DNA from: a virus
Reading direction: 5' to 3' (one strand)
IMG/VR virus record: IMGVR_UViG_3300031603_000001
Coordinates: 96,001 to 160,000 of that record
Length of the DNA stretch: 64,000 nt
Shown here: positions 50,814 through 63,674 of the stretch, piece by piece
Layout: every line of letters begins with the position of its first letter
How positions within the stretch are numbered: the stretch's first letter is position 1
The notes under the pieces: generated by a model
Databases searched by the model: none
What the model saw: the letters and a program-made list of their open reading frames with translations, nothing else
Told to the model about the DNA's origin: nothing
Translations under genes and position numbers: made by a program

Positions 50814-51362
50814 TTATTTGGCGTAGAAATGCTCAATAGATTCTATTGATAATGGATTCTTCCACCTATCCCAACATAAGTTGAAATAAGGGCCTTCGGG
50901 TGACCATGGTATGTCACTGTTGTGACGGTGGCCATGTACATTTACTCTACCTATAGTAGCACGTGCACCTAGTTCCTCAGGATGTAGTGGTATATGAGTA
51001 AAGGTAAAGTCCTTCTTACGCATACCAGGACTAATATGGTTGAAGGTGTCGATGTACCTGCGCATATCATGATGTTCATGATTGCCCAGGATAAGATGTT
51101 TAAAGCCCGGAAGCTTTCGAATGAGAGCACAGCCGTGCTCGGCGTTTAATGCTAGATCTCCTACAAGAACTAGGACATCCTTCTTTGAACGCATATGCAT
51201 AGCTAGTATATCCATGATCTCTTCGTCATGCAGAGCAATTATCCTACCACGTCGTTCTTCACTGATAGTGTCGTACATTGCACTAGAGATTCCTCGTCGG
51301 AATTGTACAGCACAACGGGCATGCCCTAAATGTAGATCAGAGGTGTACCAGGTGTTACCCAT
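50814..51362 (-). CDS. calcineurin-like metallophosphoesterase
   Basis: TSDLHLGH, VGDL, LGNHE, FTHIP, NVHGHRH. Confidence 0.9.
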   Translation of the reverse strand: MGNTWYTSDLHLGHARCAVQFRRGISSAMYDTISEERRGRIIALHDEEIMDILAMHMRSKKDVLVLVGDLALNAEHGCALIRKLPGFKHLILGNHEHHDMRRYIDTFNHISPGMRKKDFTFTHIPLHPEELGARATIGRVNVHGHRHNSDIPWSPEGPYFNLCWDRWKNPLSIESIEHFYAK

Positions 51363-52220
51363 TTTCTTCTACGTCTATTTTATCAGGATTCTCCTTGATT
51401 ACCAAATCCAGGTAATCCTTGACACCGACGCTTTCTTCCCAATCAGGACTACGTTCTTTAGCTTTAAGAGAACGTACAAACCAAGCAAACATGTACTTAC
51501 CAACAACGTGGTCATTACGTGCATGTCCCTTAGGGTTTAGTGCATGAAACATGTACGTCGCCCATGAGAGATTCTCTTCTAGAAACAAGCGTACACTGTT
51601 CTTAGCTTTATGAGAAGTTCGATTCTCCGTTAAATCTTGTGTAATAGTACCTAGCATCTGTGATGCACAGTCCATACCTTGATATAGAAGTTGTTCCTTC
51701 TTCTTAGCTTTGGCTCGTTCTGTATCCATGATTTTACCAAGGATTACACTTACATCCAGTACTTTAATAAGACTGTCCATAAGAAGGAATGCCAATTGCC
51801 TATCAGAGTACTTAAAAGATTGAGCATCATTAATCAATCTGATTAAATCAGGTTTATTTAGAGTCTTCATCGGAGTCCTCTTCAACAATTTCAATATCGT
51901 CGGAATCGGGTATTACCACAGGAGCTACTGCTCTTTTGGGATGGTCAGGCACTGTAGCCCAGGCGCCTTCGACCATTTGCATACGCACGATTGTCTTCTC
52001 TTTATCAATCCCTTCTTCGTATTCGAAGTACAAGACTTTGTGCCCCAACTTAGTGAGGGCTTTGATAATGGAATTGACGGCATCCTTTGGTGCCTTACCT
52101 TTACGGTAATAATCTAAACCAGGACGTCCTGCGATCTTCAACGGTACACCATCAGTATGATCAGTGAATATACCTTTCACCTGCCTCTGTGTGAAGTAGG
52201 AGTCTTGATCTAAGATGATT

Positions 52221-52802
52221 CTAATGTTGTGACTTGGCATACATCTCCAGGTTCTGGTTAGCCATAATGGCTTCCGCTATACTTACAGTTGAATTTACAT
52301 CCAGTTTGGATAACGAGATCTGTCCGAATTCTACTAGCTCGGCTAAATCATCCATACCATAAATGTCTTGACGACAGTTATCTTCGATAGGATGGTATAT
52401 TGATACAGCAATATGAACACCAGCGTGGCCGGTATATTCTGTATTATGCTTATGATCGTGTATCTTACCTGCGTTAATCCAGCATTGCTCGATTATAGTA
52501 CTATCAGGTAACTTCAGATCATAATGCATCTTAAGATAATTAGCACCGTCAAATGGTACCCAGTTGCGAGCCTCTTCATTCCATTTGATACTCTTGAGCA
52601 TACGCTTCTGATTATCTATGTATAGCGCTTCCCATCGTTCAATTTCATCAGTATCGAATACATATTCATCACAATGATTACATATACTTACATGAGCGAC
52701 AGGTACAATAAAATTGACACCTGCATCGAAGAGTTGTACAGCAAAGTCTATTACATCCTTCTCTTCCATTACACCAGCATTACAACTATTGCAAAGTTTC
52801 AT
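52221..52802 (-). CDS. protein with N-terminal YgiT/MqsA-type zinc finger
   Basis: CNSC..ICNHCDEYVF. Confidence 0.55.
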   Translation of the reverse strand: MKLCNSCNAGVMEEKDVIDFAVQLFDAGVNFIVPVAHVSICNHCDEYVFDTDEIERWEALYIDNQKRMLKSIKWNEEARNWVPFDGANYLKMHYDLKLPDSTIIEQCWINAGKIHDHKHNTEYTGHAGVHIAVSIYHPIEDNCRQDIYGMDDLAELVEFGQISLSKLDVNSTVSIAEAIMANQNLEMYAKSQH

Positions 52803-53376
52803 CTTGAAAGGCCTTCCTTACATTCATGAGCGTCATGCCCAATCGGTTTTGATTTGGCTTATCAAAGTCTTCACAAAGTGTACAATAACAGGCACCCCAG
52901 TATTGATCATGCCAGTCGTTAACTTCTATGATCTCACATTCTCCTGTATCTAGGAGTGCAGTACGTAACGCTTTATTTTGACTAAACTTCTGAAATACAA
53001 GCATCCACATAAGATGATCTTTGTGTTCTTCGAAGTCATCACGCATCACTACTTCTTTCCCGGCACGTTTAGCTTTACCAGGACTAAGCAGCTCTCGGAT
53101 GCCTTCTTGTACATCATGATCTTCGCTTTTAAAAGCTTGGTAAGCATGCTCCACTGTCCTCCAAGTACGACTATCGTATACAAACGATGACTTGTAGAAA
53201 TTAGATAAGAACTCAAATGCTCCAATAAATCCTTGGATAGGTTCCCCTGCATGGGTGTTGGCTTTGCCAACAATACCCCAGCCGTCCAATTGATTGTACA
53301 CAGGAATACTATGCTTCTTTAAATAGGCAGTTGCTTTATTACACCCTTCGGATGTAAATGGAAATTTAGTAGGCAT
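52786..53376 (-). CDS. NADAR-family protein (ADP-ribose/N-glycosidase)
   Basis: FLSNFY, TVEHAYQA.K, SPGKAKRAG, KFSQN..L...LL.TG, D.YWG, N.LG..LM.VR. Confidence 0.9.
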   Translation of the reverse strand: MPTKFPFTSEGCNKATAYLKKHSIPVYNQLDGWGIVGKANTHAGEPIQGFIGAFEFLSNFYKSSFVYDSRTWRTVEHAYQAFKSEDHDVQEGIRELLSPGKAKRAGKEVVMRDDFEEHKDHLMWMLVFQKFSQNKALRTALLDTGECEIIEVNDWHDQYWGACYCTLCEDFDKPNQNRLGMTLMNVRKAFQDETLQ

Positions 53377-54199
53377 TCGACACCTCCAGCATCTCTTGTA
53401 CTAAGTAAGGACGTACGTTACGAATGATAAAATTCATTATCATCCAACGATGGCCGTCTTCTATGTCATTAAAGCTTAATAAGCCTAAAGACATGGCAGC
53501 TACGAGACTCATCTCTAAAGCTTTTTCTCCATGAATGGCATGTATGCCACTTTTGAATTGACAATCTTCGTCGCCATAACGTGCTAGCACAGTAATGCGA
53601 TTACCTTCATCACAGGTGTACAGATCATATTCTTTCCAGATACCAGTGAAAACACAGTCTTCACAGTAATGCTTCCAGCGTGTATCTAACTTGTTACTAT
53701 AATTGATTGCTAACCCTAATCCAAACCGAAAGAGTTCATCTTCCTGTTGTGGAAGTGGTAGCAGATCTTTAGCTACTAATACTTTACGCATGGGTACACG
53801 CTACGTGTCCACCCATGTGGCTCATTTGAATTACAATAACGGCCCAGATAGCAATACCTGCTATCCAAAAGATAATGTGCTTTTGTTTACGTGTCAATTT
53901 CATTGTGTTTCTCCTTTTAAATAATAGGGTGGACGACTTAGGATTAGCCCACTATGAGGTGTACTTTATGTCGACAGCGTAGTGACCTCAACGCCAGAAT
54001 TAGCTGTTATGTTGATATGTTAGGATATCTCCCACACCAGGCTTCCACCTCCGGTGCTCTACCAACAGCTTGTCTGTATCTTCCAATAGTTTGTGGCGTC
54101 TTCTATTTTAGACGATGAACTAAGCTATGATGCGGTGATCAACCCGACTAGTACAGAGGGCTTAGCTTGTCCGGATTAATACCGGCATTTCCACATTTG

Positions 54200-54272
54200 T
54201 ACACCGGGCAGGGATCGAACCTGCGACCTTGGGATTAAGAATCCCCTGCTCTACCAACTGAGCTACCGGTGC
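54200..54272 (-). tRNA. tRNA-Lys(CTT)
   Basis: GGGGA-TT CTT AA-TCCCA. Confidence 0.9.
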
Positions 54273-54410
54273 ATGCGACCCCAAAACTGTTTGTTTTGGA
54301 GTCTGAATTTAACCGCCTATCTGGGAGGCTCGTTGATAATGAACATTAACGTGTGAATGACATTCAAAGGAAGTGTCATTGATATTGTATAGTTTTTCAT
54401 GGTTCCTTTC

Positions 54411-54971
54411 CTACGCGTATAGGCGCAGATTACCTGTAATAGGTTTTAACACATGTACTGGCGCAGGGCCGATAGCAATGCATGTTGGAGTCTCTACTCC
54501 GTTGAATGCTGTACGACCAGCATCAATTATGTACGAGCACGGTATGTTTGCATCACGTGCCTGTCTGTACAGCTCGTTCATTTCATCAAGGCTCTCTACT
54601 CTACATACTATCTTAGTGAAGATACCACCTTCCCACTCTTGAGTCCAATCGTGGGTTTTGTAATCATTAACAGCTTTCTGTACAGCATGGGAACCTTGTG
54701 CAACCAATTTGCCACGGTTCATCTTTAGATCTTTGCGCATGATGATCATCATCTTGAGCTCAGCATCTAAGTCTACCTGAAGACTATCGTCACCGGTAGC
54801 ATTGTAAATTACACCAACTTTGAGTAATTGTAACTCTTCATCACTTGCGAAATCAAGAGGTTTACTATACCCAGTTATGCAATCTGTACAGCCACAATCT
54901 GGAGGATCCATGCGTTTAATCATGGTTACCTCTTCAGTTTCAGGCATTAGCCACTCCTTTGGAGTGTTCAC
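54411..54971 (-). CDS. pth2: peptidyl-tRNA hydrolase Pth2 (archaeal/eukaryotic type) with N-terminal extension
   Basis: KMMIIMRKDLKMNRGKLVAQGSHA, KIVCRV, IDAGRT, TCIAIGP, ITGNLRLY. Confidence 0.92.
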   Translation of the reverse strand: MNTPKEWLMPETEEVTMIKRMDPPDCGCTDCITGYSKPLDFASDEELQLLKVGVIYNATGDDSLQVDLDAELKMMIIMRKDLKMNRGKLVAQGSHAVQKAVNDYKTHDWTQEWEGGIFTKIVCRVESLDEMNELYRQARDANIPCSYIIDAGRTAFNGVETPTCIAIGPAPVHVLKPITGNLRLYA

Positions 54972-56462
54972 ATCCCCATTTTGAACGAGTATCAGGTTGT
55001 ACCTTAATACTCATCCATATTTTAGTAACGCACCCAGAATTGGTACATTTGTAAATACTGCTACGCTGGCCGTACATCCTAGCATTGCCTATTTTCTTGA
55101 ATACATGCAGATGATAACGAGGGCGTAGGTACACATAATATCTGTACAGTGCGTAAATTGCTAATGCAAATACTACCGAAGCTATGCCATCGATGATAGC
55201 ATGATCCCAATTCTTATTGAAGATCTCTACCCATGTGAATGCGTATATAAATATCCACGCCGCTGTTAACATACCGGCCGTGACTTTAACTGTGTTGTAC
55301 ATTACAGCTTCTTGTTGATCCACCAAGGCGTTGCCCCGGCTTTAATCTTTTTACTAAGTCTGAATGGTATTCCGAATACTACGCCGACACCAGTTGCAAT
55401 TAGTGAATACACTAAGACAGTGCCTAAGCTCTGCCAATTAGCAATGAGTTGTATAAAATACATGAGTAGTAAGAATACGGTGACAGTAGTGAAGAATGTA
55501 CGAATGTTGTAGATTCGTCGATACAATTTCATACCAGCTTTGAATGGTAAACGTACAGTTAGTTTCATAAGATCCTTCCAGGTTATGGGATTAGGGGTAT
55601 AAGTATGATAGAGACTATTGCAGTACCAGCGATAGCTCTAATCATAAAGCTTACTGGCATTATTACCTCTACATTTAAAGCTCGAAGGCTTACGTACACT
55701 TAGTGTACATAATTCCCGGGTTGATATGTAGAACAATAGTTACTATGATGCTTAGCATCATCACCATAGTTTTAATGTAAATAAGTGAAGCTCATCGCCG
55801 ATGCCCATCACCGCGTAAACGTTGATCCTCACGGTTGCTCGCTCTATCAGGCCTTGGTTCAAATTCCATATCTTGAAGCCTTTCGCTTAAGATTGCTATT
55901 TCTTGTACAGGGTCTGTCTTTGTTAACCCCATACTCTCAAGTACATGTAGTCCGTCATTGTCGGAATTGCCTGATATCATAATGAGAGAACGGTCACCGA
56001 GCATATGCTCATTTGCCCTCACAGAGGCAATAGCGGCTGTTAACGTTGATATATCATGATCACCTATACTGACGTACCCTATTGTAGGGTCAGTGTCTTT
56101 AAGGACGTCTACAAGCTTCTTAATAATTGGATAAATTCCAAATACTACGGACTCATCCTCTGCTTCGATAATTTCACCCATCTCAAGTAATTCAAAGTAA
56201 TTAATGATAGGTGTAATATAGTTTCGTACACGCTCGAGAATACTCTCAAGCTTTAGTATACGTAATTCTTCAGAATGTGACATAGCGAGACTTAGGTTTA
56301 TACTTAAACTCTATGAATGGTTGTCTATCCCCAATTTCCGTAAGCTGACGCCCTTGATTCTCAATGATGGCATTACGTAATTGTTTTTGCAGTTCTAGTA
56401 CAATACGATCGAGTCTTAATATTTCAAAGTACATAGTATTTTCCTTCTTTTAGAGGATATTG

Positions 56463-56535
56463 AGCGCAGAGCGAGACTTGAACTCGCATCCTCCAGGTTT
56501 GCAGCCCGGCGCCTAGCCAATTCAGCCATCTGCGC
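56463..56535 (-). tRNA. tRNA-Cys(GCA)
   Basis: CCGGG-CT GCA AA-CCTGG, U73. Confidence 0.92.
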
Positions 56536-59500
56536 ATTTATTTCTTCACAAAACCTACACGTGTCTGAGTGTTCAATGGTGTAGAATAATTCTACTTATA
56601 CCTTCGAACACTCGAGCATGTGGTATTATTTAATGTGTACTCTCCAAAACCATTTGGCATTGAAGTATAATACATTCAACCCCCATAGGAAGAAGAACGC
56701 TGATATCACTTGTAGTATCTTATCCGGATGGAACCGCATAAACACTGTGTATAGTAGCATAAGCATCATAGCGCCTATTGCGCCCATTGCGCTGTACACG
56801 GCACCCTTGATAATGATACCTATGAATATGAAGAAGTTCTTCATGATATGAGTAGCCCGAAGGTGAATGCCTCTTCCATCGTTAGAGTGAACCACTCTTC
56901 ACCATCAGCTCCTTCATTAACACAGTACGGATTAAGTCCGAAGTGTGCTATAGCCTCATCATTCCGTATAATGTCTTTGAGCTGTAGTTGAATCTTTGCT
57001 TTACGCATTTCTCTATTCATCTGATCCCCAATTCTTTGCAGATAGCCAGCGCTTTAGCCTCTCGGCCTTGCCTGAAGCCATCTTCCCTTACGTATGCTAA
57101 TACTTTTATTATCTCTTTAGTGTTGAATTGTGTAAGACAGTCCTCATCTGTTGTAAAAACAACAGCACCTAAGAGTCGAATACTTAGTTCTCGGTATTTA
57201 CCGTACTTAAAATCTAAGTCAGTAACAATACCGTTACGAAGATACCATATGGTAGATGCGAAGTTAGCACTCTGATATCCAGTACGCCCACTGCCGCTGC
57301 CGTAGTATTTAAAACTACGTCGACGTTTGTGCATTACCTTAATCAGGGAACCCACCAAAGTCTAGGGCTACCCAGTTCATTAGGCAAATTATACATAGAT
57401 TACATGTAGTATCCTGTGCCTCTGCTTTAGATACTCCTAGAGCATCATTGTAATTTCGTACTAATTTCTGTATTTCTTTAACATCCATTATCAATTGTAC
57501 CCAATCTGGCTCTAAGTATAGCCACTTCTTGCAGTTCATAAAGTACACCGTGTACAGTAGGCTGCAGCAATAGAGCCTGCTTCATTAACATTTCATTGAC
57601 CTGTTGAGCATCCAGGGTAATCTCTAGCATCACTGGTTGCATATTGGCATCACGTCCTGCTACATGGTATTTAATCATCTATTACGTTTCCTACTCTTTT
57701 TACCAGCTTTAGCTTTCTTACGCTTAGCTGTTTGTTTACGAGTACGCCTCGTCTTAGAAGGAACACCTACAAGGGCACTAGTGTCGAAGTATTGGGCTAT
57801 TGCATTCAACATGTCCTCTTCCTTATTATAGTCACGAGGATTAGGAACATCACCCATACGAGTGTGTTCCGTTACTTTAGCTATAAGGAGTACTCGTTTC
57901 TTTAGTAATTCTTTGTACACTTACTAGATGCCCAGCACTTGATAGTATTAACATGACACTCAGTACACGGGCCAGGTTACGCCTACTTCAGAAGTAGGAA
58001 CCATGAGACCTGTTGAACCTAGCATACCAGCTACTAGACACAGTATTACATATATATAATAAAGAGTAATGTTTGTTTACCAATCATTTGGTTATCTCTT
58101 CCATTAGTACATCCAGCATCATGCCGGCTAATTGATTTGACTGAGAATCACCTGCGTCGCAAGCGGCCTTCTTCATTTGATCATAATTCACCTGTACAGT
58201 GCGGAGCTTGTCAGTTAGTACCTCCAGCATGTGGATACCCACCGCAGCTGACATTGGTACATCAGCCATAGAGCCATTCCATCATCCTATACCAAAGTGT
58301 ATAGTATCAGTGAAAGGAGAAAACCCGGGACGTGTTGACATACGTAGCCATTGTTTGTCCATATGATCTCTCCAGTACCATAAAATCTCATCACCACCTG
58401 CGTATACACCAGCAGGGGTCTCTTCGATAACAGCATAGTCATGGTACTCACCTTCGGCAATATCCATACGGTTGTTTCTGATAGCTGACGATGCAGCACT
58501 CAGATTAGGATACCATCCCACTGTACGAGTGGAGATAGTACGAACCTTTGGATCTATAGGAAGTGTACCAGGCTTCTTGCCTGTAGGGTCAAGCTTTATT
58601 AATACGACAACATATATTTTACTCATAATAATTCCAGTTCCTTTATAATAGCATCAGTGCTTATTACTAATGTTGGGCATGATGCTTCAATTAAGCAAGC
58701 CTCTACTACGCTGACCCAAGTGTCATCATACATACACGCATCCCAGTCTTTACAAAGACCAGTACCACGCATGAAGTTACGAAGAGCCATGCCTTCTGCG
58801 AAGTGAACACAATGAGGATAACCGCCTGCGTCATAGACTGCAGCGACTTCACCGTGCTTCTCTTTAGTTTCACGAAAGAATTTTAGACCGTCCACGCCTA
58901 ACCAGACCGTGACTAAAGCCACTAGACCAGCGGGTATCGGTTGCTTCATGTTACGTACGTCATTCATCAGTGCACCTGTATATCTTCGATAGTTAACCCA
59001 GTACGCTTGATTATAACCTTACCACGTTCAGGTAAATGGACTGTGTAGATAGTACCATTCCATAAGAATGAGGTATAACCGGCTATGAATGCATCTTTAG
59101 CGATAGCTTCTATTTCTTTATTAATCATTTGCTTCATACTAGGATCATAGATCTTACGAATAGCACTAGTGTATAGTGGATGATCACTCATTATAAGCCT
59201 TCTACCAGTACACCATATATGATACCACATATGATGAGTAGCATTACGATTGTGAATCTTATTTCAGCTCTCTTTAACATGTTTAGTTCCTCCTCAGGAA
59301 AGAGGGCATACGGAAGTGTGCTCGATAGCTTCTAAAGGTATCACCTACGACCCGCCCTATTAGACTTCTCATATAACTAGTAGTATTAGTATAACCATGA
59401 AGGTTACACTAAGTAAGAACGAGTACAACTCTGGTTTATATCTATACATCTAAAACCCCATCTCTTTGGGCACTTTGTTTACCCATATGATTACACCCAG

Positions 59501-60388
59501 GTAGTGACGTAAGTCTTTCATACCCTGGCTACTAGCCGGGTGCTCTTGGTTACCATTACACACAGGATACATGTAACAACTGCCACTCCCGAAGGTAGTG
59601 ACATCAACGTCGAAGCCTCTGACTTGGATCCTTCTAGTCTTTACGGACATCTAAGGTCCCCTTATTATCATGTGTATGAAGTACTATGCCAGTACTACGA
59701 TCTTTGATCTGAGCCCAACCACATCCGTGGCCATGCCGACTAACAAAGTACTGCATGTCCACCTTAGCGTCATCCAGGTTACCCTGGTACGTGAACTCAT
59801 GACTCACTGCTTCACCTATAGCTCCGGCTGTCGTATAATACCTAAGAGGATCATTCTTCGTAGGAGTATCTACTACTTTATTAAGCAATGCAATGAACCC
59901 GTCTTCAGTCATAGCCTGAACAACAGGTCCTTCTTTACGACGTCCAGCCTCTCCTTCAGTCCATGTGTCTGCATAACAGTCACTGTTGTCCTTGAATAGC
60001 TGACGTATCTCCAGTTCTGATTTTGGATTCATCTTCACTTACCTCAGTATGGTGCTTGATACAGGTAACCCCGTATCATTAGCTTCTGGTTGATAAATAT
60101 TAACTAATATAGACTTACCATCTATATCACTGCATATTTGTATAGATACTTTTTTACCATCATCATCTGGATGTCGTAACTCCATACCCATGCCTACATT
60201 GTTTAGTACACCTTCTACTTCTATTAAGATACCATCGTAGTCTTCCACAGTAGTTACTGTAACTAGTCTCATCTTGTCAGTAGGGTCTCCTGACTCTTCG
60301 TCAATTAAACAAATCTTAGTTTGATATGAACTTACATTAGTATTCATTACTTCTCCATTACATGTTAATTTGAATATAGTCTATTGTG

Positions 60389-60468
60389 TACAGTAAGATG
60401 GGATCGAACCATCATTCTCTCATGACCTCTACGGTGCATGAGTGCTCTACCAGTTAAGCTACTACTGC
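60389..60468 (-). ncRNA. tRNA-like RNA with elongated anticodon arm
   Basis: Acceptor GCAGTAG/TTACTGT, D and T arms; CTCATG-C-ACC-GTAGA-GGT-CATGAG. Confidence 0.72.
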
Positions 60469-60615
60469 ATGTTAGATCTTGTACAGATCTTAGGGTGTTT
60501 TGCATAGGATGTTACAGGTCTCATTTAGTATCATAGGCCCGTGCTGTACAGATATGTGTGCTATAAATAGACACTACTGTCAAGCACAGGCTCTATAATG
60601 CTTACTGAGTACTAC

Positions 60616-61035
60616 CTAGAAGGGAAGAGGCTCATCGTCTTTATCACTTGTAGCGGCCGGTGCTCCGCCAGCAGCAGAGGCAGATTTAACACCACTTGTA
60701 CCGGAATCGGCTTTACTACCCAATGAAGTCAGCTTATTAGCTACTACTTCAGTAGTATAAACCTTGACACCATCCTTGTTTTCCCAGGAACGTGTCTGCA
60801 GACGACCCTCTACATAAACTAGAGCGCCCTTCTTAATATACTCGCCAACGAACTCAGCAGTCTTTCCGAACAGAACAACACGGCTCCATTCAGTTAGATC
60901 TTCCTTGTCCTTGCGAGACTCAGTGGTAGCCACTGACAGATTAACAACTGCCAGGCCTGATGTCGTGAACTTGACTTCAGGATCTTGGCCAACACGCCCC
61001 ACTAAAGTGGCGCTATTTACACTGTTCTTTTGCAT
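60616..61035 (-). CDS. ssb: bacterial-type single-stranded DNA-binding protein
   Basis: VNSATLVGRVGQDPE, KGALVYVEGRLQTRSW, C-terminal DDEPLPF. Confidence 0.95.
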   Translation of the reverse strand: MQKNSVNSATLVGRVGQDPEVKFTTSGLAVVNLSVATTESRKDKEDLTEWSRVVLFGKTAEFVGEYIKKGALVYVEGRLQTRSWENKDGVKVYTTEVVANKLTSLGSKADSGTSGVKSASAAGGAPAATSDKDDEPLPF

Positions 61036-63593
61036 AGTCGAATACTCCTCTACTTATGCATTACTCCCGCCTGCGGCGGGGTTCTTTGAAGACTGACTAG
61101 TAGTCTTCGCTTCCATCTCTGCTACCATAGCATTCATGGCACGGTCGATGATATCACTATAGAACTCTGGTGTATTTGCATTGTTTAACCAGCCACACCA
61201 GCTCCATGACTCTTCTACAGCTATACTAGCTTGTGACTCACCAGTGACTATGTACACATAACGAACGTGTTGAGTACGTCCTGTCTGGGAGACGAGATAG
61301 TACCGTCCTGTAGGGAGCATGTTATTATGCTGTACAGGTTCAAGGGTTTCCGCATCTAGTAGTATCTGAAAGGAGATAGTGATCAATGCTTTCTTGTCGG
61401 CACCTCTGGCAATGGCATTCGCACGATCGCGGGCCAGCTCTTTGGAGGTTTTCACGTGTACGACCACATCTTTGCTGTTATGGTTACCTGCTACGAAGCT
61501 TGGGGCCTCATAGGCTGGTACATAACGGAGCTTTTGAAGGTGGGTACCGCGTGAGTTACTATTGGGAACGCGAAGCTTTGCTACGAACCCAATCGGGGGA
61601 AACTTTGGAACATGTACGGTTCTCTTTGAATTTGCCATTGACCTGATCTTTCCTGATTACATCTGGACATATCTGTTGCGGCTGCGCCGCTTTGTTGTGG
61701 CTGTCACCACGGTGTTGTGGCTGGCGCCGCTTTGAGTATCCTTAGGAATTACCTAAGAAACACCCTCCCGCCTTCGGCGGGGAGGATGCTCGTAGGAGTA
61801 GTAATCTGTACACACCATGTGCACACGAATTACTTGCCTCTGATAGTAGTCCACAAACCTTTCGGTTTAGCAGGTTCATCATCTTTGGCTGAAGCTTCAA
61901 CAGCTGCTGCTGTCTTAACCTCCACGGACGCTTCCGCTACTGGGGCAGCCTGGGCAGATTCCTCTGCAATAGGTGCCGCCTGGAGTGTTACACCACGTGA
62001 CGCGTACCATGATCCCTTTGCCACAGCCTTGACGACGCCGAATGGCCCCACCACTACTTTGTCAAAGACGCCGAATGTACCAATGGCAATTCGATCGTTG
62101 ATCACTTTACGCTTGGCCACGGACGCATTGGCTTTCGTTACACGCTGCTCTTCAGTCTTGGGTACGGGAGTAAGTTTAGACTTAGCTCTTCCAAGAGACA
62201 CCTTAGTGGCGCCGTAGAGACCAGCGAACGATTCCTTGAATCCGGGACCTTCGGTTTTGGTTACAGGTTGCATTATAAGCCCTCCTTATGATGCTTGTAC
62301 AGCTAATGCTGCACGTTTGATGTTGTATCTATAGAACTGCCAGTCCTCTGGCCTCTGGATACAATAGTTGTCGTGGAACTTAGGGAGTCTCAGGTAACCC
62401 TTAACCGCGTTGATTACTGCCGCCCGATTCTCTCGAGCCTTGTTACCAAACATGAACAGGTTTGAGTAAAGGAAATGCTTGTTGCCGGCATCCGCGTCAG
62501 CAGCTGCTTTAACAAGTGCCATCACTCGTTGGGTACCTTCGAGCTTCATGATATCACGCTGATGGTTGCGTGCTTTGGTACGAAGGTTCTGTCTTTGATC
62601 TGGTTTCATAGTATCCTCCTCAGGATGTATGGGCCCGATAATGGGCGGTTGGGCAATTTAATGACATTAATGTACATTTCCAAGTGATATATCTCCCAGA
62701 ATGGAGTTAATACTCACTTATCGCCGATTAACTCAGCTCTTGGGCAATTTATGCACGAAATCTGCTATAAACGTTTCATAAGTGACTCTTTGTGGCATGG
62801 TCATTAGATTCTTGACACTAAATGCATGAGGGTTACAATCCTCACCCAGGAGGGCGCGTGCCATGTTCTTGGTATGAGCCAGGAACTCCTGTTGTGTCTT
62901 CAGTTTATGACTACCTTCCATGTACTCACCCATGAATCGATCCGTTACACCGATGGTCTGGCATACTTCGAACATTGGATTCTTAGCGTGCTTGCGTGCA
63001 ATGGTGCCGTCAGCTTCTACTCGTACACCAGGCATTGCTTTACCCTGCTCTGCCATCTTAGTGAGAGTGTTAGCCAACATCTGTACACGAGGTATAGACG
63101 TGGTAGGTAATCGTTTCAGGCGCTTGATACGGTGATCTCCAACCAGTACCACACTATCAATACGGCCTTCTTTTAAGCCTAGATTCATTAAAGGCCCTTT
63201 CTTCTCTTACTGTGACTACGTATATCGTGTACACTACCGGGTAGTATCTTAGATATAAGCGTTTGGTTACTAACTATGACAGGTGCATGTGGAAATGTAC
63301 CAGCCAGGATCTGATCCTTCTCATCCGTGAAGTACGTATGAAAGGGACGGGTTAAATCTTTGAATGTACCATCTGAGCACAATACTCTATTTTGCGGAGT
63401 CATCAGACTTCTCCTCTGCAGCAGGTTCAGCTTCCAGCTTCTTCTGTAATTTACCCATCCCGGATAATAGGCTCCTCTTAGCCCAGCCGCCGAAGCGTTT
63501 CACTGCGTCAATATCCACATCTACATCGGCTTTCACCAATGATGAATCTACAGACAGTTTCATAGCTGTCTCCTTATGTTATATTAATGGTAG

Positions 63594-63674
63594 TGCCGGG
63601 AGAGGGATTCGAACCCCCAGGCCCATAGGCGACGGATTTACAGTCCGCTGAGCGACCAATTGCTCAACCCCGGC
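63594..63674 (-). tRNA. tRNA-Tyr(GTA)
   Basis: GCGGA-CT GTA AA-TCCGT, long variable arm. Confidence 0.9.

Noticed and set aside
179-63651. Plus-strand ORFs in the track (e.g. 7763-8152, 16398-16895, 36998-37384, 51082-51540, 61717-62217)
   Set aside because: They are antisense shadows of longer minus-strand genes or tRNAs, with no recognisable motifs or RBS context.
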